Shown piece after piece: positions 52,301 through 60,165 of a DNA stretch of 64,000 nt. Source of the stretch: an uncultured virus (IMG/VR IMGVR_UViG_3300021138_000015). Its lineage: Duplodnaviria > Heunggongvirae > Uroviricota > Caudoviricetes. Under the pieces are notes generated by a model. It was given only the letters and a program-made list of their open reading frames with translations. It was not told where the DNA came from and made no database searches. The stretch lies in the IMG/VR virus record IMGVR_UViG_3300021138_000015. One strand, written 5' to 3'. A program made the translations under genes and the position numbers. Positions within the stretch are counted from its first letter, which is position 1, and the number at the start of each line of letters is the position of its first letter.

Positions 52301-53023
52301 CTGTGGCACACTAAATGTTATAGTGCCAACATCCGTGCCGTTATTAACTACACCTAATACATCTCTACTGCTGAGATTACTCTGATTATCCTTTAATCCT
52401 GATGTTCCCGGACTGCTCTGTATCCAAAACGGATAACCTGGCTGATTAACTATAAATGTATATACACCACCACGTGCCAAACGCAATGAAGGATTCTCTG
52501 CTACCCCATATCCAGAAAAATGATAAGTCCCGGTGTTGGCATCTCTGATAACTGTGTAGGTGGCCGAATTTGGCACAGGAGATCCATATACACCGACTGT
52601 GTCTGGACCGTTGGCTAACCAGTAGTATTGATTAAAATTTACAAATTTATCAAAATCAAACAGGCCATCGTAACTGTACATTTCTGCTGAAAATAGTCGG
52701 TCTTGATTATTGGTGATAGCACCATCGTACCCAAGCTGATTCAGTAGATCAGGGTAACTGCTGAAAAAATCAACGTTGTTGGTAATAGGGTTTTTTACAA
52801 CCACACTGGGTTCTAATTGATAATTTTGTCTTGTGGCTGTTGGTTCTGGTTGATAATTGTCGCCGGCTCGATAAGTAGGTGCAAACTTACGACCTATATA
52901 GGCATTAACTGATCTAAGATCCGGCGGAGTGTACAGTTGATCTAAAGTAGCATTTAGAAACTTTTGATTAGTATCTGTTCTGAATACTTCAGGTAAAAAA
53001 TTTATAGTTTTTATAGATGCCAT
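40340..53023 (-). CDS. giant 4227-aa baseplate wedge-like structural protein (gp7-like position)
   Basis: Follows the gp6-like gene. N-terminal NFLPEVFRT..N.KFL.ATLDQ; YINEVKPY; GGSGYTSTP.I.I; FG-GAP-like repeats. Confidence 0.75.
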   Translation of the reverse strand: MASIKTINFLPEVFRTDTNQKFLNATLDQLYTPPDLRSVNAYIGRKFAPTYRAGDNYQPEPTATRQNYQLEPSVVVKNPITNNVDFFSSYPDLLNQLGYDGAITNNQDRLFSAEMYSYDGLFDFDKFVNFNQYYWLANGPDTVGVYGSPVPNSATYTVIRDANTGTYHFSGYGVAENPSLRLARGGVYTFIVNQPGYPFWIQSSPGTSGLKDNQSNLSSRDVLGVVNNGTDVGTITFSVPQNNAQDYYVTMPVVYSADVSTALHYNQIQGSTIEQLQALGGLDGITGNLVGKTFIFTNTDIDALYWTVGGVTVPVAQRRNVWQIQLVGTAINLIPVQTVTTNQRVYVTAGKTYAEYSFYIDPSYTYYRAVPNLTATLATVYYQDGVGASLVGEFNLVAANDSTVNVDTDIVGKANYTSQTGIAFTNGLKIKFDNSAVPASYAGNTYYVEGVGTAIQLIAETDLQTPDTYLQGQGPTTPDYITINRASQDLNPWTRSNRWFHIDVIKATAAYNKTIPVFDQNLRANRPIIEFEANLQLYNFGRAAKVPVDIFCNDGSITDARNQVELQVYKEIMGVPLQDGQRIIFADDFDNTVRNQIFVVSISVINLTPVITLEPAADSEILAYNNLIVLLGTNSGVEYWYNGNEWIEGQQKTAINQTPMFDVIDMNGVSIGDTSVYPASTFASTKNNLGTVVGGTPVFSYDVGTGTPDQVLGFPLNYRTFTLSGDIQFVNNFDSDTFSYTENSATLSANINTAGTLQQNTGLTTYDLRNAWTTVVEPSHQYQTISGVYDGVNPYFKIDILPPTSASIPYIKVYKNFIELVFIKDYIILQQGVNYYVKIINSSLIAQDQIDITIYNPTSVTALGYYQVPENLNFNSKNSDFTTLTLGQLRNHLVALVSNSNSIVGSALGDTVIRDRYIKAQGGNILQHASPVLYSELFLVDSDTNYFKGLDLARHNYSRIKNKILESAANLKTVDTTDIPGILDNILQTINSVKNNTFSWYYSDMVPYGPLKNVITYTVINPELVDYEISSIFSDTTLSNRAVLVYVNSQQLIKGTDYVFDNNRAGVTFSKKLNYGDIITINEYNNTDGNYIPETPTKLGLYPKFTPDIYTDYSYLTPTEVIQGHDGSITPTFGDFRDRVLLEFELRIYNNIKVDYHSQVDDVYNFKPGAFRTTAYTNKEFTQLLTGSFLQWVGDNRVDFTSNNYFIASDPFTWNYSRFTDTVTGALLPGTWRAIFDYFYDTDTPGTTPWKMLGFSEQPTWWTKRYGPAPYTGGNLVMWQDLAAGYVWNNGAPYTDSRFVRPGLLNIIPVDENGNLRPPTQYIVRNFNSNQANGSYAVGQQGPVETAWRRSSDFPYAMQQAIALANPAYFFGTLMDVTRYNKNAQLNQYVLTDTLQRISPLAVRINGGSDGAGGRYRVAGYLNWIADYLTNIGIDPETKILEYLNYVDVQLAYKMAGFSDSSFLTVQAEQASPSSTTNSVIIPPENYRIELYKSTPTQSIVYSAVVIERSENGYTVSGYDTTDPYFTIIPSLANNNSYPVTVASDVGIIYRDFQRYKITVPYGFEFTNKQQVVDFLVSYQRYLVGSGVAFSDQDTSLNVQRDFILSVKEFLTWSQQGWVAGSVLVLSPILNHLIINTKSGVVDQIQNTPNDTRVLDTGYNFIKYNNMSVTRTDNRFTLTAISGQTIALAVLDVVEYEHVLIFDNITEFSDVIYVPELGNRQYRLKLVGKKTGSWTGTLNPPGFIYNSPYVDSWQANRDYALGSLIKYKSNYYTATQDLAAAPVFYANSWQQLQSNQIQTGLLPNFSYNAGKSLRYNNLNNPELQGDFSRFVGAEIGFRPRQYLSDFGIDLPTQAKFYQGFIRQKGTMNAITAFTAAGFNGVTSNIALYEEWALRVGEYGALTNNQYIELELVEGQYNGDPITFTLLSNNEVNTDNTIGVYPANLYLTTSNISTFNPAIYTNRDDSSVYENDIGTAGYVSTTEVDIQIFDMTYYSDLNASLSKIGVGTKIWAAKDNVTTSWNVYRVSETELYVTKFSYDIDNIATVTVDSTQSFLYGDFIVIKGFDPRVDGVYQVYENVDGRNFNVTVSSSTRSQIQTAGPVTGLAPVFKLQSLRLKNNTDLTAITPMHQWINGDKLWVDYDQNVNGWAVYNKSSPWTTANTSVISNPVSMQLDANSYISNSGFGTVVTVNQTATFAAAGMPNLGMGNVIAFVANTVNGHNFTMVANLGARSGNSVSLFGASLHSSGNLLYIGDPGNGTTEYGRVHIHRFNGNASFPWLQTLAGPFSGNTGDQFGYSISASDDGTWLYVGAPNHGNVYIYHANANSYYSYANTINGNSYVTSGNAWSAKFGSVVDSSSDGAQVLISSPYESAGGITNSGAVYIFNRSRESFIATGNTAYYTQYPIISNTVKVTVNGTVLTTGYTSNSSAVTFTHAPIVGTTITVDTNNIALLEKITSPSPTSGGLFGQVAHIAGNDADVYVASPGYTAPGYLSGIVYRFVNSGANYGTITNTISNPTVTVGDNLYINGFSVTFGANAVGSSVGNLKSIVANINSANIAGVTATAQDNGNLIITSSVTVPFEKLLIQPGSGNAIANIGLTVYSSVQSITHPGDLQVQNFGSQVTSSTDSTTLVIAASRGSTYYTDTYDQATTMFDSGSTEFYSAHPGSGAVYVYGLVESALTSTAADQYVLIQELQNNAVSFNDQLGSSLALSSNILLVGAPGDSNHTTTDPNSGSIVTIPNAGTYYTYHNFSGNVGWDVISSQQPQVDIGSITRMYIYNNDTATLLTNFDWIDPAKGKVLGAAQQDLDYITAYDPAVYNAVGGFDSVPAVSYNIDNHWGNNQVTQTWWDISQVRYLNYEQGNVTYRSANWGATFPGSNIQVAEWVMSSVPPSNYAGSGEALYPDNSRYVVETYVNPSTKLMTARYYYWVINKTTLEVNSQHTNSITTIQDIISNPTAQAVPYAAILRDDTISLYNVADYLIGAGNTVVFHADYDTIKNNNIIHSEYQLVQEGNSESIIPTRIVNKIVDSLSGIDSLGNPVPAVELTPQAKLGLGINPNQTVFYNRLTALENFVEYVNGIFVQYPIVEEYNINNLYTSEPVPSTENYDISVDTHAELGYIDTTLLNSGYTVLVIKDETENGLWATYVWSGTTWAVNQIQSYYTPFYWSFANWYADGYDSTNKVNYLVNTYADLASLTPAVNEITQVANRGNGQYAVYQWTGSTWNLVGLEDGTIQFNNNLYTTTVAGNEIRILFETLQNDIFINDLAGYFNDLFFFLVNYILTEQKAVDWIFKTSFVSVLHKIKKLEQFPAYIQDNQTYYENYINEVKPYRTSIREYKIDYQGNDEYYGDMTDFDIPATYISNVNMYRSPNDSGLVASDAYNLANLPQYSQWYNNHSYSIQSVTVANIGANYFSTPIVTVTGGGGSGANIQAVVDFTTNTIVKFDVVSGGSGYTSTPEININGSGTGGAGYPILVGQTVIESTPLQVITLTGNATVYPGNIVTQPVADASGTVYSASTGNTITLSGVVGTFISNQYVFSDSANLQVRVGVPTANISVGSNISVYKGNIITQANAAGNIIAQAEVYSSSTGTSLSLWNTQGTFVGNTYLFVANTANLGVRPQTYTVSSTATPIYAYTTFVDQSYNKVRTFSEAIRFDRVSYTSNIITWQPDLTVVANTWVSYSGSAYQANTTVYSSAALKVNGNISANIGDYVTQANNATANARVISISSNLSLVTVANITGTYVRRGGNLRINGIDSNTTPVAVTNIFDYSKYNLIPTANLTTAADRITASYQPTGSMPGPELAQLMTGIEYPGVKVTGVKYRAYTNTLLSNLIYFYNNTGTLYSSNVAALNFTNSGLSRGLPVTIINYTNNTTSNVRLINFTSNSITVLGAMNNIALGSNVAIQYYDYNNPTILDTAIQSSYTDTALGTRPNDINVDGGRYYDTYSSHAPEELVPGITYDNLNMSVYTNVAVGMSTVNVGYRIVNNMNTNAASSNYSLWPGYYAIFAANTTTLSANLNLTDSNIYVTNASALWNPSANTYTTTEGVINNIPTQPGIIFVNGEKITYWTVDTVNNVLGQIRRAVDGTGAANLHVAGSAVVESSVNQLIPTSATANANVHLGTWLNLTATPRSVKVLTVTGNTQVYAGNVITQPATGASGVVAASTTGAAITVWSGNITGTFTANLTANTYVYCDGANLSACVGSVTNGYTVVDGTGLAGSTTVEAVFVK

Positions 53024-53035
53024 TATGACTTCCGA

Positions 53036-56000
53036 TTATACAATTATGTTTGTTCCAGCAAGTGTTTGGTTAATTTGTGCAGCAGTTATAGCACTGATTA
53101 TCTGTACATTTTGTGCTGTGGCACAACTGATAATAATTTCATCAGGGTTAGTATTAATCTGCATTAATCCACCAAAGGCAGTATCAGTGTTAGTAGGTAC
53201 GATAATAATGCTGGCTACACCTGGCGCTAGTGTGTTGTGCAGGTATGTGGCCAATTCACTAAAATAAAATGTTTCGCCAAAATCCCAATTGGCTGTGTTA
53301 AAATAGGTATTAATGGCAACAATAGTCTGACTAATAACATCATTGTCTGTGATAGTTAAATTTGGATTTTTAACAATTTTAAATGTAGCTTGGAAATTAC
53401 TATCAGCTTTGCTACCAAACACTGGTTTGTACTTGCCAGGATTATAAATGATAGTGTCGCTTAAGGCCTTATAGTTTTCAAGACTGTTAGGACCTGATCC
53501 GTAGGCCTGTTTTAGTTCGTCATTAGTTGGAACTGCTGGTTCAGGAACTGCACCAGTGGTATCTTGTATCCAGGCAATATAATCATTGCTGTAGCTGGCA
53601 GTTAATATATACAGGTCCATTATGTTATTTGGACTTGGATCAATGCGACGATCACTGGGGCTATTATGTTGATACTGGAAATATAAGTCCTGGCGACCAA
53701 TTTCGGCTTGATATACTGTAGACAATGTAAGTGTTCTTACCAAATTGGCATTGATTGACAAAGTATAAAAGTTATTTTCTGCTGTGGCGTAGAATATCTG
53801 TCCGTTAATGTATAAATTTTGGTTAGCTAAGATTGCTGATTTAGTTGTATAGTCTGATACTACCAATGCGCTGTCTACAGGTTCTATACTGATAAAACTA
53901 CCAGTGGTTTGATCAGTAACTTCTTGGAAGTAAACATATTTTTTACTGGCATTGACTGTGGGGTTTACAATGTTAGTAAACAGATCTGGATCTACTGGCA
54001 CACCATTGTTGGTATTAGGGAAAGTGACTTTAATTTTAGTATCGTCAATATAGCCGTCGGGTGCTGTAACACGATCATATATGTACCAGGTTTGTTCTTG
54101 ACCAATTGAACTCAGACTGTCGGGCGCTGTGTTTGTACCTAATACATTAATTTGATCATTAATTGTTTTTCCTGACTTGCTGTCAAAAACTTTTACATCT
54201 GGATCAAAGTAAAATTTTGTTTGAGCTGTGCTTTCGAATACATATTCTAAACTGCGATTAGCAATATTATAACTGACTCCGTTATAGGCAAACGACACTA
54301 TCCAACTGCTGTCAAGATTTCCACTCGATGTATCACCTTGATGTGCTAGACTAAATGCACCAAAACTTAGATCGGCAGGTGCAACAATTTGCCAACTCTG
54401 ACTTGCGACATCATACCTAAGACCAAAATTTTTGTAACTCTTAATAAGATTAACCATGGTGTTTATCACGGTTATATTGGTAAGTGTTGTTTTAAATACC
54501 GGAATAATACTGCTCAGTACTGCACCTGTTGGTATATTGGCTGTAATTTGTAAATTAGTTCCATTAGTAACTGTGCTTACTGCGGCATAGATATACAGTT
54601 TATCAGTAGGATATTGTGGCGTTCCTGTAACAATTATATTTTGTGCATTAAAATATTTGCCAGTGCCGGCTGTAAATTTTAACAGTGCGCCAGTGGCTAC
54701 ATACTGTAAGTTATTGCTGGATGTTATATATCCTACTTGTAAAATACTGTTGTTGTTTACTAAATTACCAGTACTGGTACCCGAGTCAGCGGTGTTCTGC
54801 ACCCAGGTTGCTGTAACTGTTGGTGTATATCTGGTGTAGTTAGCATAGTAAAATTGTTTCACCGCTGTACTGGCCAATATACTGAACACCGTATTATAAA
54901 TTACACTGTTAATATCATTTAATGAATTAAAATTAAATGTCTGGCTTGGTAATGTTGTTTGTTCATACAAAATACCATCTGTACAAAAAACATTGGTGCT
55001 GGAATATTTGCCAGTGACATCTAATACATCTAAATAACGACTGATTCCTGAACTGGTACGATTTACTGCTTTAACTTTTATAATATCGCTAAAATTAGTA
55101 TATGGCAAAAGATTGTAGTCTTCGCCAGTGATCATGCGATTTTGTGTATAATACTGTTGTGGTGCTTTGACTCTAATGTCGTTAAGTGTTTCCCTAACAG
55201 TGGCATTTGTAACGGTGTAGTGTAAACTGGCCTGCACCGTCAGAGTTTCAACTGTGTTATTTCGACTTACATAGTTTATTGTAATGGTGATGTTTTGCAT
55301 TTCATCAGGAGTGATCTTATAAGTAGATCCGTTGCTGATGCGATAAAATGCCTGGAAATTGCCCTGTGGAATATTGGCAAAACTGCCATCGCCAAATACT
55401 AAATCAATTTGGTCATTGGCACGAGTATTAACCTGATATAGATTACGATTGGTGCTTTGATTGTAAATGATATTAATGCCGGCCACAGCAGGCACACTGG
55501 CCCAAATTGTAGATGGGCGATTATTTTTGTCTAACTGGTATAACCAAACATCAGAATTGTTAATATTATCATAGTTAATGCTGACTACACGATTAGGCAA
55601 ACTCTGTTGTAGATTAAGACTTATATTGTTTAAAGCACCTTGTTTAAAATACAAAAAATATCCGGTATTGATACTGCCATTACCTAGATTATCGTTTTGA
55701 TATAATATGTTAAACTTGCCACTGGGCGCTGGACTTGCTTCATATACGTAATTTTGTCCTGCACTGGTAGCACTAACAGCTTCAAATGTGGTAGTGGTAC
55801 CTTCAATGATTGCATTAAATCTATAAACAGGTATAACATTAGGCACCATGTTTATGCTATATTCGCTGGTCATTATACCGTTTATGTCCTGTGTGTTTCC
55901 GGGATTACCAATACTTTGATTGGTAATTAACGCAGCATTGAATATAGCAGTAAACTGTTCTTGCCAGTCTGGGTTCGTGGTGTCATTCCAGTTAATTAAT

Positions 56001-56419
56001 AGATTAGCCAGATTTAGGCCATTGCTGTCAAATACACTTTCACTGGTAGTAATTGAATCAATTTTTAAATAGCCCGATGCGGCTGTATTGCGTTTGGCAT
56101 TGTAGTTAATTAAACTGGCCAGGCGCAGTATGCTGTCTCTGCGTTCCGCGGTATCAAAGAAATTTTCTCTGGCATTTAGATCTGTACGAAATGCCAGACT
56201 TTGTCCTAGATAGGCAATAAGATCTATCAGTGCTACGTATTCTGAGCTTTCGGTAAAATCGTTAAAATCTTCTGGATAGTAATTACGCAAATAATTGATC
56301 ATTGCGTTGCGTATAGTTTCAAAGTCATAGCTTTGAAAGTCAGCATTTTGAAAGCTCTGGTATAGGGTAGTCCAGTCTTGGTTTACCAGTAGATTGGTTT
56401 GACGAGTAGTAATAGCCAT
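53036..56419 (-). CDS. baseplate wedge subunit, T4 gp6-like
   Basis: DF.SYDFETIR..M..YL, E.F.DTA.RR.S..RLA...Y, FGDG, QNRMITGEDY, DFGETFY.SEL; adjacent to the gp25-like gene. Confidence 0.85.
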   Translation of the reverse strand: MAITTRQTNLLVNQDWTTLYQSFQNADFQSYDFETIRNAMINYLRNYYPEDFNDFTESSEYVALIDLIAYLGQSLAFRTDLNARENFFDTAERRDSILRLASLINYNAKRNTAASGYLKIDSITTSESVFDSNGLNLANLLINWNDTTNPDWQEQFTAIFNAALITNQSIGNPGNTQDINGIMTSEYSINMVPNVIPVYRFNAIIEGTTTTFEAVSATSAGQNYVYEASPAPSGKFNILYQNDNLGNGSINTGYFLYFKQGALNNISLNLQQSLPNRVVSINYDNINNSDVWLYQLDKNNRPSTIWASVPAVAGINIIYNQSTNRNLYQVNTRANDQIDLVFGDGSFANIPQGNFQAFYRISNGSTYKITPDEMQNITITINYVSRNNTVETLTVQASLHYTVTNATVRETLNDIRVKAPQQYYTQNRMITGEDYNLLPYTNFSDIIKVKAVNRTSSGISRYLDVLDVTGKYSSTNVFCTDGILYEQTTLPSQTFNFNSLNDINSVIYNTVFSILASTAVKQFYYANYTRYTPTVTATWVQNTADSGTSTGNLVNNNSILQVGYITSSNNLQYVATGALLKFTAGTGKYFNAQNIIVTGTPQYPTDKLYIYAAVSTVTNGTNLQITANIPTGAVLSSIIPVFKTTLTNITVINTMVNLIKSYKNFGLRYDVASQSWQIVAPADLSFGAFSLAHQGDTSSGNLDSSWIVSFAYNGVSYNIANRSLEYVFESTAQTKFYFDPDVKVFDSKSGKTINDQINVLGTNTAPDSLSSIGQEQTWYIYDRVTAPDGYIDDTKIKVTFPNTNNGVPVDPDLFTNIVNPTVNASKKYVYFQEVTDQTTGSFISIEPVDSALVVSDYTTKSAILANQNLYINGQIFYATAENNFYTLSINANLVRTLTLSTVYQAEIGRQDLYFQYQHNSPSDRRIDPSPNNIMDLYILTASYSNDYIAWIQDTTGAVPEPAVPTNDELKQAYGSGPNSLENYKALSDTIIYNPGKYKPVFGSKADSNFQATFKIVKNPNLTITDNDVISQTIVAINTYFNTANWDFGETFYFSELATYLHNTLAPGVASIIIVPTNTDTAFGGLMQINTNPDEIIISCATAQNVQIISAITAAQINQTLAGTNIIV

Positions 56420-56440
56420 GCGAATATATCCCTTATAGAG

Positions 56441-56447
56441 TATTTAT
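56441..56447 (-). promoter_or_regulatory. putative late promoter ATAAATA
   Basis: Intergenic, upstream of the gp6-like start and an AGGGA RBS. Confidence 0.55.
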
Positions 56448-56468
56448 CGCTGTTAAAAACTACGTATA

Positions 56469-56855
56469 TTAAACCAAGTCGCTAGTGGTTAGTGTTTGAT
56501 TATTTGAGTCAAATTGTAGATTAAGACTAGTTGTTTGATTAGTAGGAATATACAGTAAATCTACAGCAATCTGTATGCCATTATGGTATTCGTTAATGGT
56601 TATAGTCTGTAGATTAGTACGAGGATCGTATCCGACTATGCGAGTAACATCATCTACTATGGCCTGGTGGACTGCATCAGTCATTGGTTCAAACAATAAA
56701 TTCCAAATAATAGTGCCAAAGTTGGGTTGCATGAGCTTTTCGCCTTTGCGTACACTAAAATGATTAAGCAGGTCTTGTTTGATCAAGTTCATGTCAGTAA
56801 CACGAAACTTTTTGTGTCGTCGGACTGTGCTAAAACCTTTGTAAAATTGTTTCAT
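56469..56855 (-). CDS. baseplate wedge subunit, gp25/GPW-like
   Basis: IKQDLLNHF..RKGEKLMQPNFGT.I..LLFEP; DPR. Confidence 0.9.
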   Translation of the reverse strand: MKQFYKGFSTVRRHKKFRVTDMNLIKQDLLNHFSVRKGEKLMQPNFGTIIWNLLFEPMTDAVHQAIVDDVTRIVGYDPRTNLQTITINEYHNGIQIAVDLLYIPTNQTTSLNLQFDSNNQTLTTSDLV

Positions 56856-56862
56856 AGTATAT

Positions 56863-56869
56863 TATTTAT
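56863..56869 (-). promoter_or_regulatory. putative late promoter ATAAATA
   Basis: Overlaps the gp5-like stop codon, 7 nt before ATG 56855. Confidence 0.45.
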
Positions 56870-59800
56870 TGTGGTATTGCCTGACCAGGGGCCCAGGCCA
56901 ACAACTGTATATGTACAGCATCCGGAGTGGTAAATGTTCCGCCCCAGCGCAGACCAAATTTGGCTAAATCTATTGTCTGTGCTACCAAAGTGGACTGACT
57001 TGAGTCTATGGCTATACCGCCGTGACTGCCCACACTCTTACTTGGTGTTGTAATTCCGGCGGCAGTGGGCTTTTCTGGTATTTTTCCTCCGGCAGCTACC
57101 CATCGATCGTACAATGCAGTTTGACTTTCTTGACTACGATAAGCACTGTTTACAGTTATTTTTGTTCCAGTGGCATCTAAAAATGCCTTGGCCGCCTGTA
57201 GCATAGCCGACTGGAATGTGCTACTGGTTGCCTGGAATGACTCTAACGAGCCTGTGCCTGATGTAAAGTTTAATACACTATTTGGATCTATGCTGGTTGG
57301 ATTAACTTTAGCAACAGCCTGATTAGTTGCTGGTGCAGAATTTTTAGCACTTAAAACATCAATTGCATATCTACCATGATTATAATATTCTTCAGCTGAG
57401 CCGGCTACTCCAATATAGGCCGGTGGATTGGCCACTGATCCAGTTCGGCGCCATTCTGCGGCTAAATCTGCACTGCGATATTTGTGTGCTACAAACAGCA
57501 TACCAGCGGCTGTACAGATATCATCAGACTGGTATATACCTTGATTGGATAATAGTTTAGAGTAGTTAGCATTAAATTCTTGATTTTGCAAACTGTCTTG
57601 TATTTGTTTATTAGCAATAAAATCTGCTTGGCTGTTGATATTGTCTGTGCCAGTCCAGCTTTCATCCTGTTTGAGTGTGCCATCACCGTACTGTGCAACA
57701 GCATCAGGTTTAACATAGCCGGCATCTGCCAGATAGTTAGCATCAACTTGATATTTGCCAACCAGTATGCCGTTTGGATTGGTCAGTGTGTAATCCCACT
57801 TGCTTTCAAAGTAGGCTAGCTCAGCCAGCATATTTGTGGCATAAGTTTGTGTTAAGTATGGAGCCGAAGTACTGATAGGTCCTGTGGCTTTGTATAACTC
57901 AGGTTTGAATAACCAGTCCGAAGGACATTGATTAGTGATAGATTTGTTGGCAGCATTAGTTATTCCTACATTACCCGATGACGACCCAGTGGTATTGGCT
58001 GTGCCGGTAGTTACCGGGTTACCCGATCCGTCGGTGACTGCTACTCCTGAACCAGACTGTACTACTCCATTGGGATTTACTGCTCCTGCATTGGCTAATG
58101 CCTGCTTGACCAGTGGTACTTTTGCTGCTGCTACTGCACCAACGCTGGCACAGGTAATGCTTCCGTCTGGGCCGCATAATCCCCTATTTTGACTTGCAAC
58201 TTGACTACCGGCCGGTGCAATTACATAATTGTCCGCTTGTCCAATAGCAGCTGGCCAAAATACGCAGAGATATAAATCTTGTAGTTTAGGATTAGGTACT
58301 TTTTGTTTAAATCTAAAATAATTAAAATATTTTAATACCCAGTCCATTTGATCAACGCGACTTAACTGTGCTAACGCCTGTGTGGTAGTCCCTAAGCCGG
58401 TGGCTGTTGCTGGCATAAACTGTATAAGTCCTGTGGCACCAATGCTGTTCACAATACCTGGATCGTATGTGCCAGCAGATTCGTTGTACATAAATGCCAA
58501 TACATCTATGTAGTCAGCATTTAGTGCGGCAGCAACAGATTTTACTTTATCCAAAAATTCGGTGTCTGTGGTCCATGGTGCATCACCCTTGTTAGGTTTG
58601 CCAAAATTGCGTAGTGTTCCATAGTCAAGTTTATTACCATTGGGCGGTGGTAATACTGTACTAGCTGGTCCACTTCCGGGCTTGGGCGGACAAACTGTAG
58701 TTGGCAAGGTCTGCGATGGAATAGCGTTAGGATCAACCCCAGGGGTGGCAGATCTAATCCAGGGTTGATGTGTTGGAAAAACACCAACTATACTTGATGC
58801 AGCACCAGTAACAGAATTCCAAAGACCGGTACCCGAATCATAACTGGTGTCAGGATAGTCGGTTTTTTGTAATGTTTTGCTTGAGACTTCTGGAGCATCA
58901 GCACCACTGTTAATGTCAACTGTTCCCCCGGCAATGGTAATAGCACCACCAGACCCTACTGTTACTGTGCTACCGGCAGCAGTTAATGCGCCACCAGCAC
59001 CTATGTTAGTTTTACCACCGTATAATAAAGCCGTAGCCGACGCACTGATGTTAATGTCTGCAGATACAGCATTAATAACTGTGTCGGCATTGATATTAAG
59101 TTCTTTGCTGTTAATATTGATATTTCTGTCGGCGTGTAAATTTATATCTTTTTGAGACCTAACACTAAAACTGCCAGCATTGTATATGTTCATGTCACCA
59201 TGTTTGGCTAACTCAATCCAGGTTGTACCAGTAGAGTTGATAATAAACATAACACCTTCAGTGTCGTTCATTAAAATAGTGTGTCCGCCCGATGATCTTA
59301 ATCTTACTAGTCTATCTTTACCGGCAGCATCTCCGTCATCCATGACAAAGCTATGCCCACCATTACGAGCTTTAACCACGTAGTCTGTGGTTTTGAAAGT
59401 TCCGCTTTGAAGTTTTGCTTGATAATTAGGGTCGTTAGACGGATCGCCGGCACCGTGCGCTCTACCAGGAGTACTAATACCAAAAACAGAACTAGGGCTT
59501 TCTCGTTGGCTACTGCTACTAATAGCACCGCGCACAGGATCGCGATCTAGACCCTGTTGAAATAGTATGCTGGCCTGTGTTTCGTGTATAGGTTTAGGAT
59601 TATTGTAAAATGCAGATGTATAGGCATTATTGTCATTTTCGTTAAATTCAACAACCGGTAGTGTTTGACTATTGTCATTGAGCAAACTTTTTTTAACTGT
59701 GGCTGACACATGGCTGGTATCTTCTTCAGCCTGTGGAGCACCGGCTATACCAGGAACCATATGGTGGCTAAGTGTGGGATTTACACAAGCAAACCAATAA

Positions 59801-60159
59801 CCGCGATCTGGGTCACCGTTGACAAAAGTGCATAATACTTGGTTGTTTAAGTCGGGTGGAACCATCCACATACCATAGGTATGATTAGTAGTGTTGAATG
59901 CGTTGTTGGCTGTTGCTGGACCTACAAAAGTTGCTCCAAAGAAAGGACTGGCATAGCTGACTGTTTGCCAATAATCTTCTTGATCCTCAGTACCGCCAAA
60001 GTCAGGAATCCAAACACGCAGTCGTCCACCGCGTATAGGGTCAGAGTTGTCTTTGACCACTCCCATGTAGGTGGCCGCGTCGTATTTTATACCCGAAGCA
60101 CGGGTTCTGTCCGTCCACTTGGGTAATTTTGATCCTACTACGCCGTTAATTTGTCCCAT
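56866..60159 (-). CDS. gp5/VgrG-like baseplate spike with OB-fold, beta-helix and C-terminal peptidoglycan-hydrolase domains
   Basis: D....GRLRVWIP, GMW.VPPD...V; GH..VMDDG, R...GH.I.M.D; ES....N..GATGLIQFM; ES..Y...GKYQ; SAYRS..Q...SH...D...HIQ. Confidence 0.85.
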   Translation of the reverse strand: MGQINGVVGSKLPKWTDRTRASGIKYDAATYMGVVKDNSDPIRGGRLRVWIPDFGGTEDQEDYWQTVSYASPFFGATFVGPATANNAFNTTNHTYGMWMVPPDLNNQVLCTFVNGDPDRGYWFACVNPTLSHHMVPGIAGAPQAEEDTSHVSATVKKSLLNDNSQTLPVVEFNENDNNAYTSAFYNNPKPIHETQASILFQQGLDRDPVRGAISSSSQRESPSSVFGISTPGRAHGAGDPSNDPNYQAKLQSGTFKTTDYVVKARNGGHSFVMDDGDAAGKDRLVRLRSSGGHTILMNDTEGVMFIINSTGTTWIELAKHGDMNIYNAGSFSVRSQKDINLHADRNININSKELNINADTVINAVSADINISASATALLYGGKTNIGAGGALTAAGSTVTVGSGGAITIAGGTVDINSGADAPEVSSKTLQKTDYPDTSYDSGTGLWNSVTGAASSIVGVFPTHQPWIRSATPGVDPNAIPSQTLPTTVCPPKPGSGPASTVLPPPNGNKLDYGTLRNFGKPNKGDAPWTTDTEFLDKVKSVAAALNADYIDVLAFMYNESAGTYDPGIVNSIGATGLIQFMPATATGLGTTTQALAQLSRVDQMDWVLKYFNYFRFKQKVPNPKLQDLYLCVFWPAAIGQADNYVIAPAGSQVASQNRGLCGPDGSITCASVGAVAAAKVPLVKQALANAGAVNPNGVVQSGSGVAVTDGSGNPVTTGTANTTGSSSGNVGITNAANKSITNQCPSDWLFKPELYKATGPISTSAPYLTQTYATNMLAELAYFESKWDYTLTNPNGILVGKYQVDANYLADAGYVKPDAVAQYGDGTLKQDESWTGTDNINSQADFIANKQIQDSLQNQEFNANYSKLLSNQGIYQSDDICTAAGMLFVAHKYRSADLAAEWRRTGSVANPPAYIGVAGSAEEYYNHGRYAIDVLSAKNSAPATNQAVAKVNPTSIDPNSVLNFTSGTGSLESFQATSSTFQSAMLQAAKAFLDATGTKITVNSAYRSQESQTALYDRWVAAGGKIPEKPTAAGITTPSKSVGSHGGIAIDSSQSTLVAQTIDLAKFGLRWGGTFTTPDAVHIQLLAWAPGQAIPQ

Positions 60160-60165
60160 ATTGTA

